Assembly: GCA_027623675.1 (NCBI GenBank)
Contig: JAQBVF010000001.1
Location: forward strand, 117,497-181,496
Direction: 5' to 3'
DNA from: Chloroflexota bacterium
Lineage (GTDB): Bacteria > Chloroflexota > Dehalococcoidia > Lucifugimonadales > UBA3495
Length of the DNA: 64,000 nt
Below the pieces are notes generated by a model. That model was not told the origin of the DNA. It saw nothing but the letters and a program-made list of their open reading frames with translations, and searched no databases. The translations under genes were made by a program, and so were the position numbers. Positions 52,245 through 61,144 of this stretch are shown in pieces. The stretch's first letter is position 1. Every line of letters begins with the position of its first letter.

Positions 52245-52559
52245 GTGCCTCTTTACGAATACCTCTGCGACGACTGCGAAAAGGTGACTTCCGCCCTGTT
52301 CCGCACCTGGTCCGACGAGAAAACGCCGGACTGCGAACACTGTGGCGGCAGCGGCCTACAGCGGCTCGTCTCCAAGTTCTCCTTCCGAGCCTCGTGGGGC
52401 GACAGCTTGAATTGGGCGCCCAGCGGGGAGACGTTGAGAGACGTGGACGAAAGCAGCCCCGCCGGCATCGACTCCCACATGGGCCGGATCAAGAAAGAGA
52501 TGGGCGGCCAGGTGACACCCGAGTTCAACCGCGAACGCCGGGAGATGAAAGACTCTTAA
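52245..52559 (+). CDS. FmdB family zinc-ribbon protein
   Basis: MPLYEYLCDDC...CEHCGG..LQRLVS. Confidence 0.9.
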   Translation: MPLYEYLCDDCEKVTSALFRTWSDEKTPDCEHCGGSGLQRLVSKFSFRASWGDSLNWAPSGETLRDVDESSPAGIDSHMGRIKKEMGGQVTPEFNRERREMKDS

Positions 52560-52609
52560 CCCGGGCCGGCGTCCAACGGCCCATCCGCGATCGCCCTCTG
52601 AGGAACCCA

Positions 52610-52951
52610 ATGCCCACATACGAATACCGCTGCCTCGTCTGCGCCAAGCTGTCGTCATTCTTCGTTAGGTCCATCAATAGCAAGTTGGATCCGGTCTGCG
52701 CGCACTGCCAAAGCAAGGATATGCAGCGCCGTATGTCGTCTTTCGCCATGGGCAAAACGGTAGGTTCGGTGCACGAGAATGCCGCGCCGGGCGGCGAGCG
52801 CCGATCACCCGAATACTACAGTGACCCACGCAACATCGGACGCGGCGTGGAGTCGGCCTTCTCCAAGTACGGCGTCGACATGCCCCAGTCGGTCCGCGAA
52901 AACATCGACGCCGCCCGCTCTGGAGAGACCCCCAAAGGATTAGACCTATGA
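52610..52951 (+). CDS. FmdB family zinc-ribbon protein (second copy)
   Basis: MPTYEYRCLVC...CAHCQSKDMQRRMSSF. Confidence 0.9.
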   Translation: MPTYEYRCLVCAKLSSFFVRSINSKLDPVCAHCQSKDMQRRMSSFAMGKTVGSVHENAAPGGERRSPEYYSDPRNIGRGVESAFSKYGVDMPQSVRENIDAARSGETPKGLDL

Positions 52952-53934
52952 CCAGCGTCGGAGGCCCCAGCCAAAGCCACTATCAGGTACTGCACCACTG
53001 TTTAGCAACAGCCTCAAGGTACGCGCCAACCGCGCTCCATCCCGTGCCGGCGATGCAGGGGCTGAGGGAGATACTCCCGGCCATGCCATCCCCAGGCGCG
53101 ATGGCCGAGACTGACGACGGGCCGCCCGCCACCGCTCAATCGGCCCTGGAACTAATATCCATCGCAACGGGCCTCATCGTGCTATGGGAGGAATCGTCTC
53201 CGGCCAACCCGCTGGGCTGGGAGACGGTTGCTGGTGTCAGCCGGGTCCTGGCCGACCTCACCGACGAGCTGGGCCTGATCGTCCGCCTGGACAAGGCCGA
53301 CCTGGTCCGGGGGCTATACGTCATCATCGACCCGCAGGTCACCGGCGGCCGCACTCCCCTGGAGATCGGACAAGCAGCCATACGGGGCGGGGCGCGGATG
53401 CTGCAACTGAGAGACAAACTGCGCGACAAGGGCGAATCCCTGCCCCTGGCCCGCGGCCTGCAGAAGCTCTGTGCCGAGGCGGGCGCATCGCTGATCCTCA
53501 ACGACCACGCCGACGTCGCCGCCATCGTCGGCTCGGCGGGACTGCACGTAGGCCAGACCGACCTGCCCGTGGATCAGGCACGGTTGGTGCTGAAGCCTCA
53601 CCAAATCTTGGGCCGGTCCAACCACGAGTTGGAAGAGCTGGAAGAATCGGAGCGCATGGGCGCCGACCACGTGGCCTTTGGCGCCATCTACCACACCGAC
53701 ACCAAGGGCGTTGGCCGCCCACCCCAGGGCGTCGACCGGCTGCGCCGGGCCCGCGAGACGGCTAAAACCCCGCTGGTGGCCATCGGCGGCATCACCGCCG
53801 AGAATGCCGCGCCGGTGATCGAAGCCGGGGCCGATGCCATCTGCGTCACCGCCGCCGTGGGTTCAGCCACCGAACCGGAAGCCGCCGCGGCCCGGTTGGT
53901 CAAGGTGATCGAAGAGGCCGGAGGACGGGTTTAA
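52948..53934 (+). CDS. thiE: Thiamine-phosphate synthase with N-terminal extension
   Basis: LYVIID, QLRDK, LND, GLHVGQTD, GRSNH, T.TK, VAIGGI. Confidence 0.9.
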   Translation: MTSVGGPSQSHYQVLHHCLATASRYAPTALHPVPAMQGLREILPAMPSPGAMAETDDGPPATAQSALELISIATGLIVLWEESSPANPLGWETVAGVSRVLADLTDELGLIVRLDKADLVRGLYVIIDPQVTGGRTPLEIGQAAIRGGARMLQLRDKLRDKGESLPLARGLQKLCAEAGASLILNDHADVAAIVGSAGLHVGQTDLPVDQARLVLKPHQILGRSNHELEELEESERMGADHVAFGAIYHTDTKGVGRPPQGVDRLRRARETAKTPLVAIGGITAENAAPVIEAGADAICVTAAVGSATEPEAAAARLVKVIEEAGGRV

Positions 53935-54584
53935 TGCCCTCCCGCTACAGCGGCCACCTCTCCGGCATCGGCGCCAAAGTCATCGTGGAACTGACCGCAA
54001 GGAACCGCGACCGTGAGCAAGCGCTGGCGGTCTCCCGAGAAGTCATCCGGTTCTCGGCCAACGCCATCCGCGCCGTGCACCGCGGCGATTTCGACGATGC
54101 CCGCGAATTGATCGGCAAGGGCTCGGCCAGACTGCGCGAGGCGGACCACATCCGGGAGAGCAGCCCCCAGATATTCAACGCCGGGTTCATGAACGACGCC
54201 CGCAAAGAGTTCACCGAAGCCAACGTCACCCTGGCGGTCATCTCTGGTGGCGACATCCCCAGCTTGGAAGACCTTAAAGTGGACGCCGCGGCCTACATCA
54301 ACGGCATGGCCGAGGTCATCGGAGAGCTGCGCCGCTACATACTAGACGCCCTGCGGCGGGACGCCATCGAAGGCTGCCTGGAGTTCATGGACATCATGGA
54401 CGAGATGTACGGCGTGCTGGTCACCATCGACTTCCCCGAGGGTGTCACCAGCGGACTGCGCCACAACACCGATGCCATGCGCGGCGTGCTGGAGCGCACC
54501 CGGGGCGACTTGACCATGGCCCTTAGGCAGCACTCCCTGGAAGCCCGCCTGGCCGAGTGGGAGAACAACCGGACCGGCGCCTAA
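53934..54584 (+). CDS. Translin/Trax family protein
   Basis: RE.AL..SREVIR.SA.AIRAVHRG, KEFTEA, YINGMAEVIGELRR, LR...D.MR..LE. Confidence 0.85.
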   Translation: MPSRYSGHLSGIGAKVIVELTARNRDREQALAVSREVIRFSANAIRAVHRGDFDDARELIGKGSARLREADHIRESSPQIFNAGFMNDARKEFTEANVTLAVISGGDIPSLEDLKVDAAAYINGMAEVIGELRRYILDALRRDAIEGCLEFMDIMDEMYGVLVTIDFPEGVTSGLRHNTDAMRGVLERTRGDLTMALRQHSLEARLAEWENNRTGA

Positions 54585-54936
54585 TTCGCGCGGGAACCAG
54601 CCGGCAATATCGATGTGGATCAAGGCCCAAACCCGGTTCCCGGGATTGTCCTTACGTCCGTGAGCGACCACGGACCTCACCATTCTCTCCAGAAAGCAGA
54701 CTTTTGTGATCTCATTCCAGCGGCGGAGCAGCCCCTGAAGTCATCGAGAGCAACTACGGTGCGCCGGAAACTTTCGGTCGTGGCACCGGTGGCAGATGCG
54801 GGAGACTTCCCCGGTCACTGTCAGCAGCCCATAGCGCTGGCATCCAGCTCCCCATTAAAGTAACGTCGGCAACCGGCCTGTAAACCATCAGATGCTCCTC
54901 AACCTGCCCCTGGCCGGAACCAAAGGAGCGGCTGCC

Positions 54937-56004
54937 GTGCTAGCAAACGCCCAGACCTGTGCGGTTATCGGCCTCGATGGATATGTGATCCAGGTAGAGG
55001 TCGACATCTCCCCCGGACTTCCCGCCTTCAACATCGTCGGCCTCCCGGACACCGCGGTCCAAGAAGCCAAGGAAAGGGTGCGCGCCGCCCTGCGCAACAG
55101 CGGCTGCGAATTCCCCCTCCGGCGGATCACCGTGAACCTGGCCCCCGCCGACCTTAAGAAAGAAGGGCCGGCCTACGACCTGCCGATCGCGGTCTGCATG
55201 CTGCTCAGTTCGGGGCAGGTAGACTCCATACCCGAGGGCGCCGTTTTCCTGGGCGAACTCGCCCTGGACGGGTCCTTACGCCACACCAAAGGCATCTTGG
55301 CCATGGTGTCGGTGGCCCGCGACCAGGGATACACCTCGGTGTTCGTGCCCACCATCGACGCCGACGAAGCATCGCTCGTGGAGGACGTACAGGTTTACCC
55401 TGTCTGCAGCCTACAGCACCTGATCAACCACCTGCGCTGCGAAGACGAGATCACCCCGGTGAGCGACGACCTGTGGGAGGGTATGGACGATAACGCCGGT
55501 CATTACGAGATGGACCTGGCCGACGTCCGGGGTCAAGAGCACGCCAAGCGGGCGCTGGAAGTAGCCGCCGCCGGGTTCCACAACCTGATCTTCAACGGCC
55601 CGCCCGGCAGCGGGAAGACACTACTCGCAAAGTGCCTGCCCTCGATACTGCCGCGCATGGCCCAAAAAGAGGCCCTGGAAGTAACCAAGATCTACAGCGT
55701 GAACGGGGTACTGTCCCCCGGTAACCCGCTGGTGCTGCAACGGCCCTTCCGGTCGCCCCATTACACCATCTCCAACGCGGGGCTGGTTGGAGGAGGCAGA
55801 ACACTCCGGCCCGGCGAGATCACCCTGAGCCACCGGGGCGTGCTTTTCCTAGACGAGCTGCCCGAGTTCAATCACACCGCCCTAGAGTCGCTGCGTCAGC
55901 CACTGGAAGACAAAGTGGTCACCATCAGCCGTGTTAGCGGCAGCGTCACCTATCCCGCCAGCTTCATGGCGGGGAAACAAACGACACAACTTTCTCCGAT
56001 ATAG
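54937..56004 (+). pseudogene. comM: ComM/YifB Mg-chelatase-like ATPase, 3'-truncated by island insertion near 55964
   Basis: [51 protein letters not shown]; breaks after YPASFM, lacking the expected LVAAMNPCPCG. Confidence 0.92.
55954..55973. other. Putative att site (attL) at the comM break
   Basis: cccgcca-gcTTca-tggcggg, a perfect 7-bp inverted repeat centred on the junction. Confidence 0.7.
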
Positions 56005-56222
56005 TTGGCGGGCCGCCCACTCATCCCGTCGATGACGGCCAGTGAAGCATCCTGTAATCTGCCATCGATGAATGGTCGATGTCGACACGGGCGGCCTAGA
56101 AGCGAATGACGCACCGATAATCTGAAGCACGTTCACGACGTAGACTCACACGCATACCTGGTTTCGACTAACGATGAAGTGGCAACTGATTAGGCGGTCC
56201 ACCTGTTGATTGACGCCAAGAT

Positions 56223-57125
56223 TCAACTTGAATCAGGCGTGGTCTTACTGATGACGATTAGGCGAAGCTCCCTTTTGAATTCCTCTACCAGGCCCCGAAG
56301 GCGAGGATGCTCTTCCATGAGGGCATATCCGGGAGCGATGTAAAGATTCTCCTCATCAATCTTCTCTCCTCCCAGCTCTGCTGCTTGGATGCGGCTGATG
56401 GATTCCAAGCCGTTGTTAACCCTTCCCCATTTATATTCGGTGGCCCTCCTCACATAGTCGACCATCGCTCGCTGTAATTCTTCATATCGGTCTGTTATTT
56501 GTCGTCCCTGGCTCTCTTCGAGGAATCTAAGGACCTCGTAAAACTCGGTCTCCTCGACGTCTGCGAACCAAACCTTCACGACCGAAAGAACCTCCTTGCC
56601 GACCTGTCGCTTGGCCCGCCGGTCCCAGGACATGCGCTCCTGTATCCCCTGTGTCCAGCAGAATGCTCGCCCATTCACCTCAGCCTCGCGGAAGCCTGGC
56701 CCGCCTTCCATGAAGTAGATTGGGACTTGATCTGGTTCTGGCACCCACATGTTTTCCAACAGCATCAAGGTGCGGTCGGCCAAAGGATCATGACTGATGT
56801 TTTCTTCTTGCCCTTGGTCTTCGCTACGGGTCTCCGGTGCACGTTTCCAAGCAGTCCACTTGCCGAACATGGTTTGAACGTACCGCAAGGTGGCCCCGTA
56901 CCCTGCCTTCGCTGCAATCCCTCCGCCGATTTGGTCGTCGATTCTGTCAAGGGCTCTGCGTTGGAATTCGGAGACCACATTGAACGCCCGGTTGACCGTG
57001 GTCCGGTTTCGCCCTTCAAGCTCTTGACGAGCCAAATTCTGCGGGTCACCCCGCTTGACGCTTCGGAATATAACCTCAAGTTCGACTCCGGAAAGTTGCT
57101 TTGCCAATTTTCCAGCACGGTCCAT
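56223..57125 (-). CDS. Hypothetical protein (island)
   Basis: 300-aa ORF with GGAG RBS; no recognisable motif. Confidence 0.7.
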   Translation of the reverse strand: MDRAGKLAKQLSGVELEVIFRSVKRGDPQNLARQELEGRNRTTVNRAFNVVSEFQRRALDRIDDQIGGGIAAKAGYGATLRYVQTMFGKWTAWKRAPETRSEDQGQEENISHDPLADRTLMLLENMWVPEPDQVPIYFMEGGPGFREAEVNGRAFCWTQGIQERMSWDRRAKRQVGKEVLSVVKVWFADVEETEFYEVLRFLEESQGRQITDRYEELQRAMVDYVRRATEYKWGRVNNGLESISRIQAAELGGEKIDEENLYIAPGYALMEEHPRLRGLVEEFKRELRLIVISKTTPDSS

Positions 57126-57243
57126 AGGCTCACTCCCATGCAGGTAGACATCGGCCCTATCGGCCTTAGTGTGCAATCGCGTGCGCGAAAGTCACCTGGT
57201 AGTTTAATGCCTCGCACCTGGAAATGGTGTTCCATGGACGTGT

Positions 57244-57399
57244 ATGGGTCGAAAGTATCGTCAAATCACCGTACAGCGAATCGAGGTCGTCCAGAAGACA
57301 GCACAGGACGATCAACGCGCTCTTCGACGCGTCTTTGAATTGATCTTGAAAGCGTCGCGACAGGATCTATCGTCCCATGATTCTCATCCCGGTCGATAA
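57244..57399 (+). CDS. Small hypothetical protein (51 aa), absent from the ORF track
   Basis: MGRKYRQITVQRIEVVQKTAQDDQRALRRVFELILKASRQDLSSHDSHPGR; ends 12 nt before the AAA gene. Confidence 0.55.
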   Translation: MGRKYRQITVQRIEVVQKTAQDDQRALRRVFELILKASRQDLSSHDSHPGR

Positions 57400-57411
57400 A
57401 GGGTTGGTTGA

Positions 57412-58494
57412 ATGTACCTTAAAGACTTTCTGTCCCAGAGTAAAGAAACCGAATGGCTCGTAGATAGGCTAATCCCAGGCAATTCCAAAATCTTGATAGC
57501 TGCTCCCCCCGGCCATGGCAAGAGTTGGACCCTTGAGGCACTCGCAATCAGTGTTAACTCGGGACAACCGTTCCTGAATAAGTACGCCCTCGATCAAGCC
57601 GAGTCCGTCGCCCTCTTGGACCAGGACACCCCAAGTGACATTCTGGCTGATAGGATGCGAGCCCTCAGCTTCGACCGACCCGCGCCGTATATCCGGGTCT
57701 TCTCACAAGAGGGCCTCTACATAGATACGGTGCGAGACACCAACCGATTGATTCAGTATCTAGAAGAAATTCAGCCGAAGCTGGTCATCTTGGAAACCCT
57801 CGAAACAATCACATCCGACAAATTCGACGAGAACCGGGCAAAAGATATCGATCGCCTTTTCAAGAACTTGAGCCTCATTCAGAAGGAATTCCAGTGTGCT
57901 GTGGTACTTTCCCATCATTTAGGCAAAGGACGCCAGGGCACCGAATCCGGAAATCGCATTAGAGGCAGCAGCGCTTTGTTGGCCCGTGTTGACGTCGCTT
58001 ACACGCTGCAACGACTTTCCGGGTCCAACGCAACCCGCCAGTTCTTGATCCAACCCATCCCCAAGCGCGTCCAGACCGTCCCCGGGTTTCTTTGTGAGCT
58101 GCTAACTGAGGAGAATGAGGGTAAGTTGGTGGCCGCCGAGATGCGATGGGTCGTGGATTGGACTACTAACCTGGACCCAGCGTTGGCGGACGGTAGGACG
58201 ATGGTTTTGGACCTACTCCGGGACCGGGCGAGAGAGGGGCTTACGGTTAACGAAGCGGTCCAGGTTAGCGGCGGGTACTTCGGCGACCGTGAGACGCGGG
58301 AAATACTTCGGAGTCTCCTCGAAGAAGGTTTGATCACCCGAGCCGTTGAAGCGCATGGCCGGTTCCGATTTTGGCTTCCTGAGTTTGTGCCTAGCCAATC
58401 ACCAGCCATTGCTCTGCCAGCGGGTGTTCCATCAGATGGCCAATGGCAGGATATAGAGAGCAAGTTATCAAGTACTCAAACGCAGGAAAGCTGA
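57412..58494 (+). CDS. AAA_25/RepA-like SF4 helicase with C-terminal wHTH
   Basis: WLVDRLIP, Walker A APPGHGKS, Walker B LVILET, VVLSHHLGK, RGSSAL. Confidence 0.85.
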   Translation: MYLKDFLSQSKETEWLVDRLIPGNSKILIAAPPGHGKSWTLEALAISVNSGQPFLNKYALDQAESVALLDQDTPSDILADRMRALSFDRPAPYIRVFSQEGLYIDTVRDTNRLIQYLEEIQPKLVILETLETITSDKFDENRAKDIDRLFKNLSLIQKEFQCAVVLSHHLGKGRQGTESGNRIRGSSALLARVDVAYTLQRLSGSNATRQFLIQPIPKRVQTVPGFLCELLTEENEGKLVAAEMRWVVDWTTNLDPALADGRTMVLDLLRDRAREGLTVNEAVQVSGGYFGDRETREILRSLLEEGLITRAVEAHGRFRFWLPEFVPSQSPAIALPAGVPSDGQWQDIESKLSSTQTQES

Positions 58495-58598
58495 AATACT
58501 GTGAACCTGGACCAGATCGCATATTGGATTTTTCGTCCACATCTAGGCGTGGCAGAATTGCAGTTTTTCAGGTTTTTGGGTTTTCGAAGGGGGTAGTC

Positions 58599-59084
58599 AT
58601 GAAGGATGATCTCTCGGTATTGATTTCCAGGACCGAGTCCAAAGGGGCCGCACTCCGTGCTCGCGGCGATCGACTGGAAGTGTGGGGGCTCGATAGGCTC
58701 GCTCCCGATCTCGTTGACGAATTGAAAGACCGAAGATCTGACTTGGTCAAATGCCTGAGTCACCGTGACGCTGAGGGCCGGAAAACGGCTCAGCTCTTGG
58801 CCTGGGCCTCCGAATTAGCTGAGCAGGAGCTTAGGCTGGAAAGGCCGGTGCGCTACACGGAGGCTCCACGGCGCATGGTGAGCACCATCCATGCGTCCTG
58901 GTATGCCACCCAGTACCTCAGAACCATCGCACTAGCCCGGCAGAGGATAGATAGTCGCCGGTCGACCGATTGGCCCCCGCAATGGTGGAGAGAGCGGGAA
59001 GAGGAAGGAATAGCCGCGCTAAGGAACCTCCGCACGGTGTTGGAGAACGGCGGCAAACGAGTCGCATCTGGCGGCCAAGTCTAA
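58599..59084 (+). CDS. Hypothetical protein with TubC N-terminal-like domain
   Basis: LISRTESKGAALRARGDRLEV....LAPDLVDELKDRRSDLVKCL. Confidence 0.7.
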   Translation: MKDDLSVLISRTESKGAALRARGDRLEVWGLDRLAPDLVDELKDRRSDLVKCLSHRDAEGRKTAQLLAWASELAEQELRLERPVRYTEAPRRMVSTIHASWYATQYLRTIALARQRIDSRRSTDWPPQWWREREEEGIAALRNLRTVLENGGKRVASGGQV

Positions 59085-59177
59085 GCTAAACACTCCAGCC
59101 CGCGAACGCTATATTGGTACGCCTAGAATCGCCCTACCTCTCCGTCACTCCGACCATGATTGGATATGATGCAACTG

Positions 59178-60209
59178 TCAAGAGGGGGCCTCTGGTGCAG
59201 GCGATTCCTCGAACGTGAACATGTCGGGCATCCCGACTCCTAGAGCCACAGCCTCATCCGATCCGAAAGACCGTCGTTCGAGCGGCATAGCCATCAACGT
59301 CTTGAGAGAGTCGGCCACACCCTGTTCCGCGATGAACGATCCCCGCAGGTAGACGTCGTCGATCTCCCGCACCACCCGGCCCGCGGCTTGGAGAGCCTCC
59401 AGGCCGTCATCCAGCAGTCCTTCCGGTATGTCCACCTCCTTGCCGCACGCCGCCACCAGTTCGGGGGCGGGTGAGTAGACGTGGCCGTCGTCGGCCAGCT
59501 CGTTCAACATGTGCTCCAAGGCCGCTTGGGCACGGAAGGGGGACAGGGGGTCGATCCCGATGTCCTGGGCGATCTTGTCGGCGGTCTTGAACCCGATGCC
59601 CCGGATGTCCTGGGCCAGCCGGTAGGGGTTCTCTGTGACTACCTGGATGGCCTCATTGCCGTAGGCCTTGTAGATGCGGGTGGCGTAGGTGGAGCTGACC
59701 CCGTGGCCCTGGAGGAACAGCATCACCTCCCGCACCTCCCGTTGGGCCTCCCACGCCTCTTGAACACGACTGATCCTGGCGGGACCGATGCCGGGGACCT
59801 GAGCGAGCCGGTCTGGGGCTTCTTCGATGACGTTCAGGGTCTCTTCACCGAACGCCTCGACCATGCGCCCGGCCAGGACCGGGCCGATGCCCTTGATCAG
59901 GTTGGAGGCCAGATACCGGCGGATGGCGTTGGCCGATGCTGGCAACGCTGAGGTGTAGTGGGACACCTGGAACTGGAGCCCGTACTTGGGGTGCTGGAGC
60001 CAGCGGCCTTGGAGGGAGAGGCGTTCACCGGGCTGGATCCCGGGCAAACTTCCCACCACGGAAACCAGGTCGCGCTGTCCTGGGGCCTTCAGGCGGCAGA
60101 CGGTATAGCCCGTCTCGTCCCCGCTGTAGACCAGGCGCTCCACCTCCCCGGTGAGTGTCTCTGGGCTCAACGGGCGATGGCGGCCTGTTATCCTGTCGGT
60201 GGCGCTCAC
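59178..60209 (-). pseudogene. RecD2-like helicase N-terminal fragment (no ATPase domains)
   Basis: GEVERLVY, HPKYGLQF, IKGIGP, NPYRLA.DI.GIGFKTADKIA; ends before Walker A. Confidence 0.85.
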
Positions 60210-60919
60210 TGGCGATGGTTCCCATTCGCCCACTGGGGCACGTGGTGGTTGGCGTTCTTCACTTCCGTTTCCAAGCCCCTATATCCCGGCTCGATGCTTT
60301 CCAGCAGTCCCCAGAACCTGGCCGAGTGGTCCGGCTGCTCGATATGGCACAGCTCGTGGAGGAATACGTGCCGCACCAGATGCCCGGGAAGAAATAGTAG
60401 GCTGCGGTTCAGGCTTATGTTGTGGTTCTGGGAACAACTGGCCCAGCGGGTGGTCTGCCCCCGCACCGTTGCCTTCTTGAATGGTATGCCGGATTCTTCA
60501 CTGACCGCCCGGAGCCAGGGGATGAGGCGGACTTGGGCCTTACGGTGGAGCCAGCGGGACAGGACTTGGGCCACGAACTCAATGTCCCCGACGTCACCCT
60601 CAACATAGAGTTGAGCATCCTGTGCCTGAGAGATTGAAATCCCGGTATCGTGAGTGGGCCGGTACTGGACCTCCCAGCGTTCGCCCAAGGCGGCCAGGTC
60701 GATGCGGTCGGGGCGGGTGATGCCGGGGGCGGACTCGATGGCCGCGAGGTGCCGGTCGATCCACTCCCGCGAGTCATTGATGATCCGTCCGATGTGGCGC
60801 CGGTTGAACCCCCTAGGGATGACCACCTCCAAGCCCTTCTTCGGAGACACCTTGAGGATGACCCTCTTGGCCCGGTGGCTTTCACGGACGGCGTAATCGA
60901 GTTTGGACACCATCACCAC
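60206..60919 (-). CDS. YgjP/DUF45 (M48-like) zinc metallopeptidase domain protein
   Basis: S.RAKR..L, GLEVVIP, QTTRWASCS, HELCH..PDHSARFW. Confidence 0.9.
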   Translation of the reverse strand: MVMVSKLDYAVRESHRAKRVILKVSPKKGLEVVIPRGFNRRHIGRIINDSREWIDRHLAAIESAPGITRPDRIDLAALGERWEVQYRPTHDTGISISQAQDAQLYVEGDVGDIEFVAQVLSRWLHRKAQVRLIPWLRAVSEESGIPFKKATVRGQTTRWASCSQNHNISLNRSLLFLPGHLVRHVFLHELCHIEQPDHSARFWGLLESIEPGYRGLETEVKNANHHVPQWANGNHRQ

Positions 60920-61144
60920 GATCCTCCCCTGCCGGCCGCCCGGTCGGCCACTTTTTGTTCACTGGCCTGGTTCCCGCTCCGCGATGGGGATATTATACCT
61001 ACTCAACGCGATGCCTTGATGACATTTATGAGAAGGTAACCAGTTATGGGACCAGTCGGCCGAGCTGGTGAATACGGGCTAATCGTCGAATGTGTAAAAT
61101 AGGGGTGGCAAGCGAAGCACAACAATGGAAGGATAAGGAGCGAT

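Noticed and set aside
54615..54863. 82-aa ORF between translin and comM
   Set aside because: No RBS or recognisable motif; left unannotated
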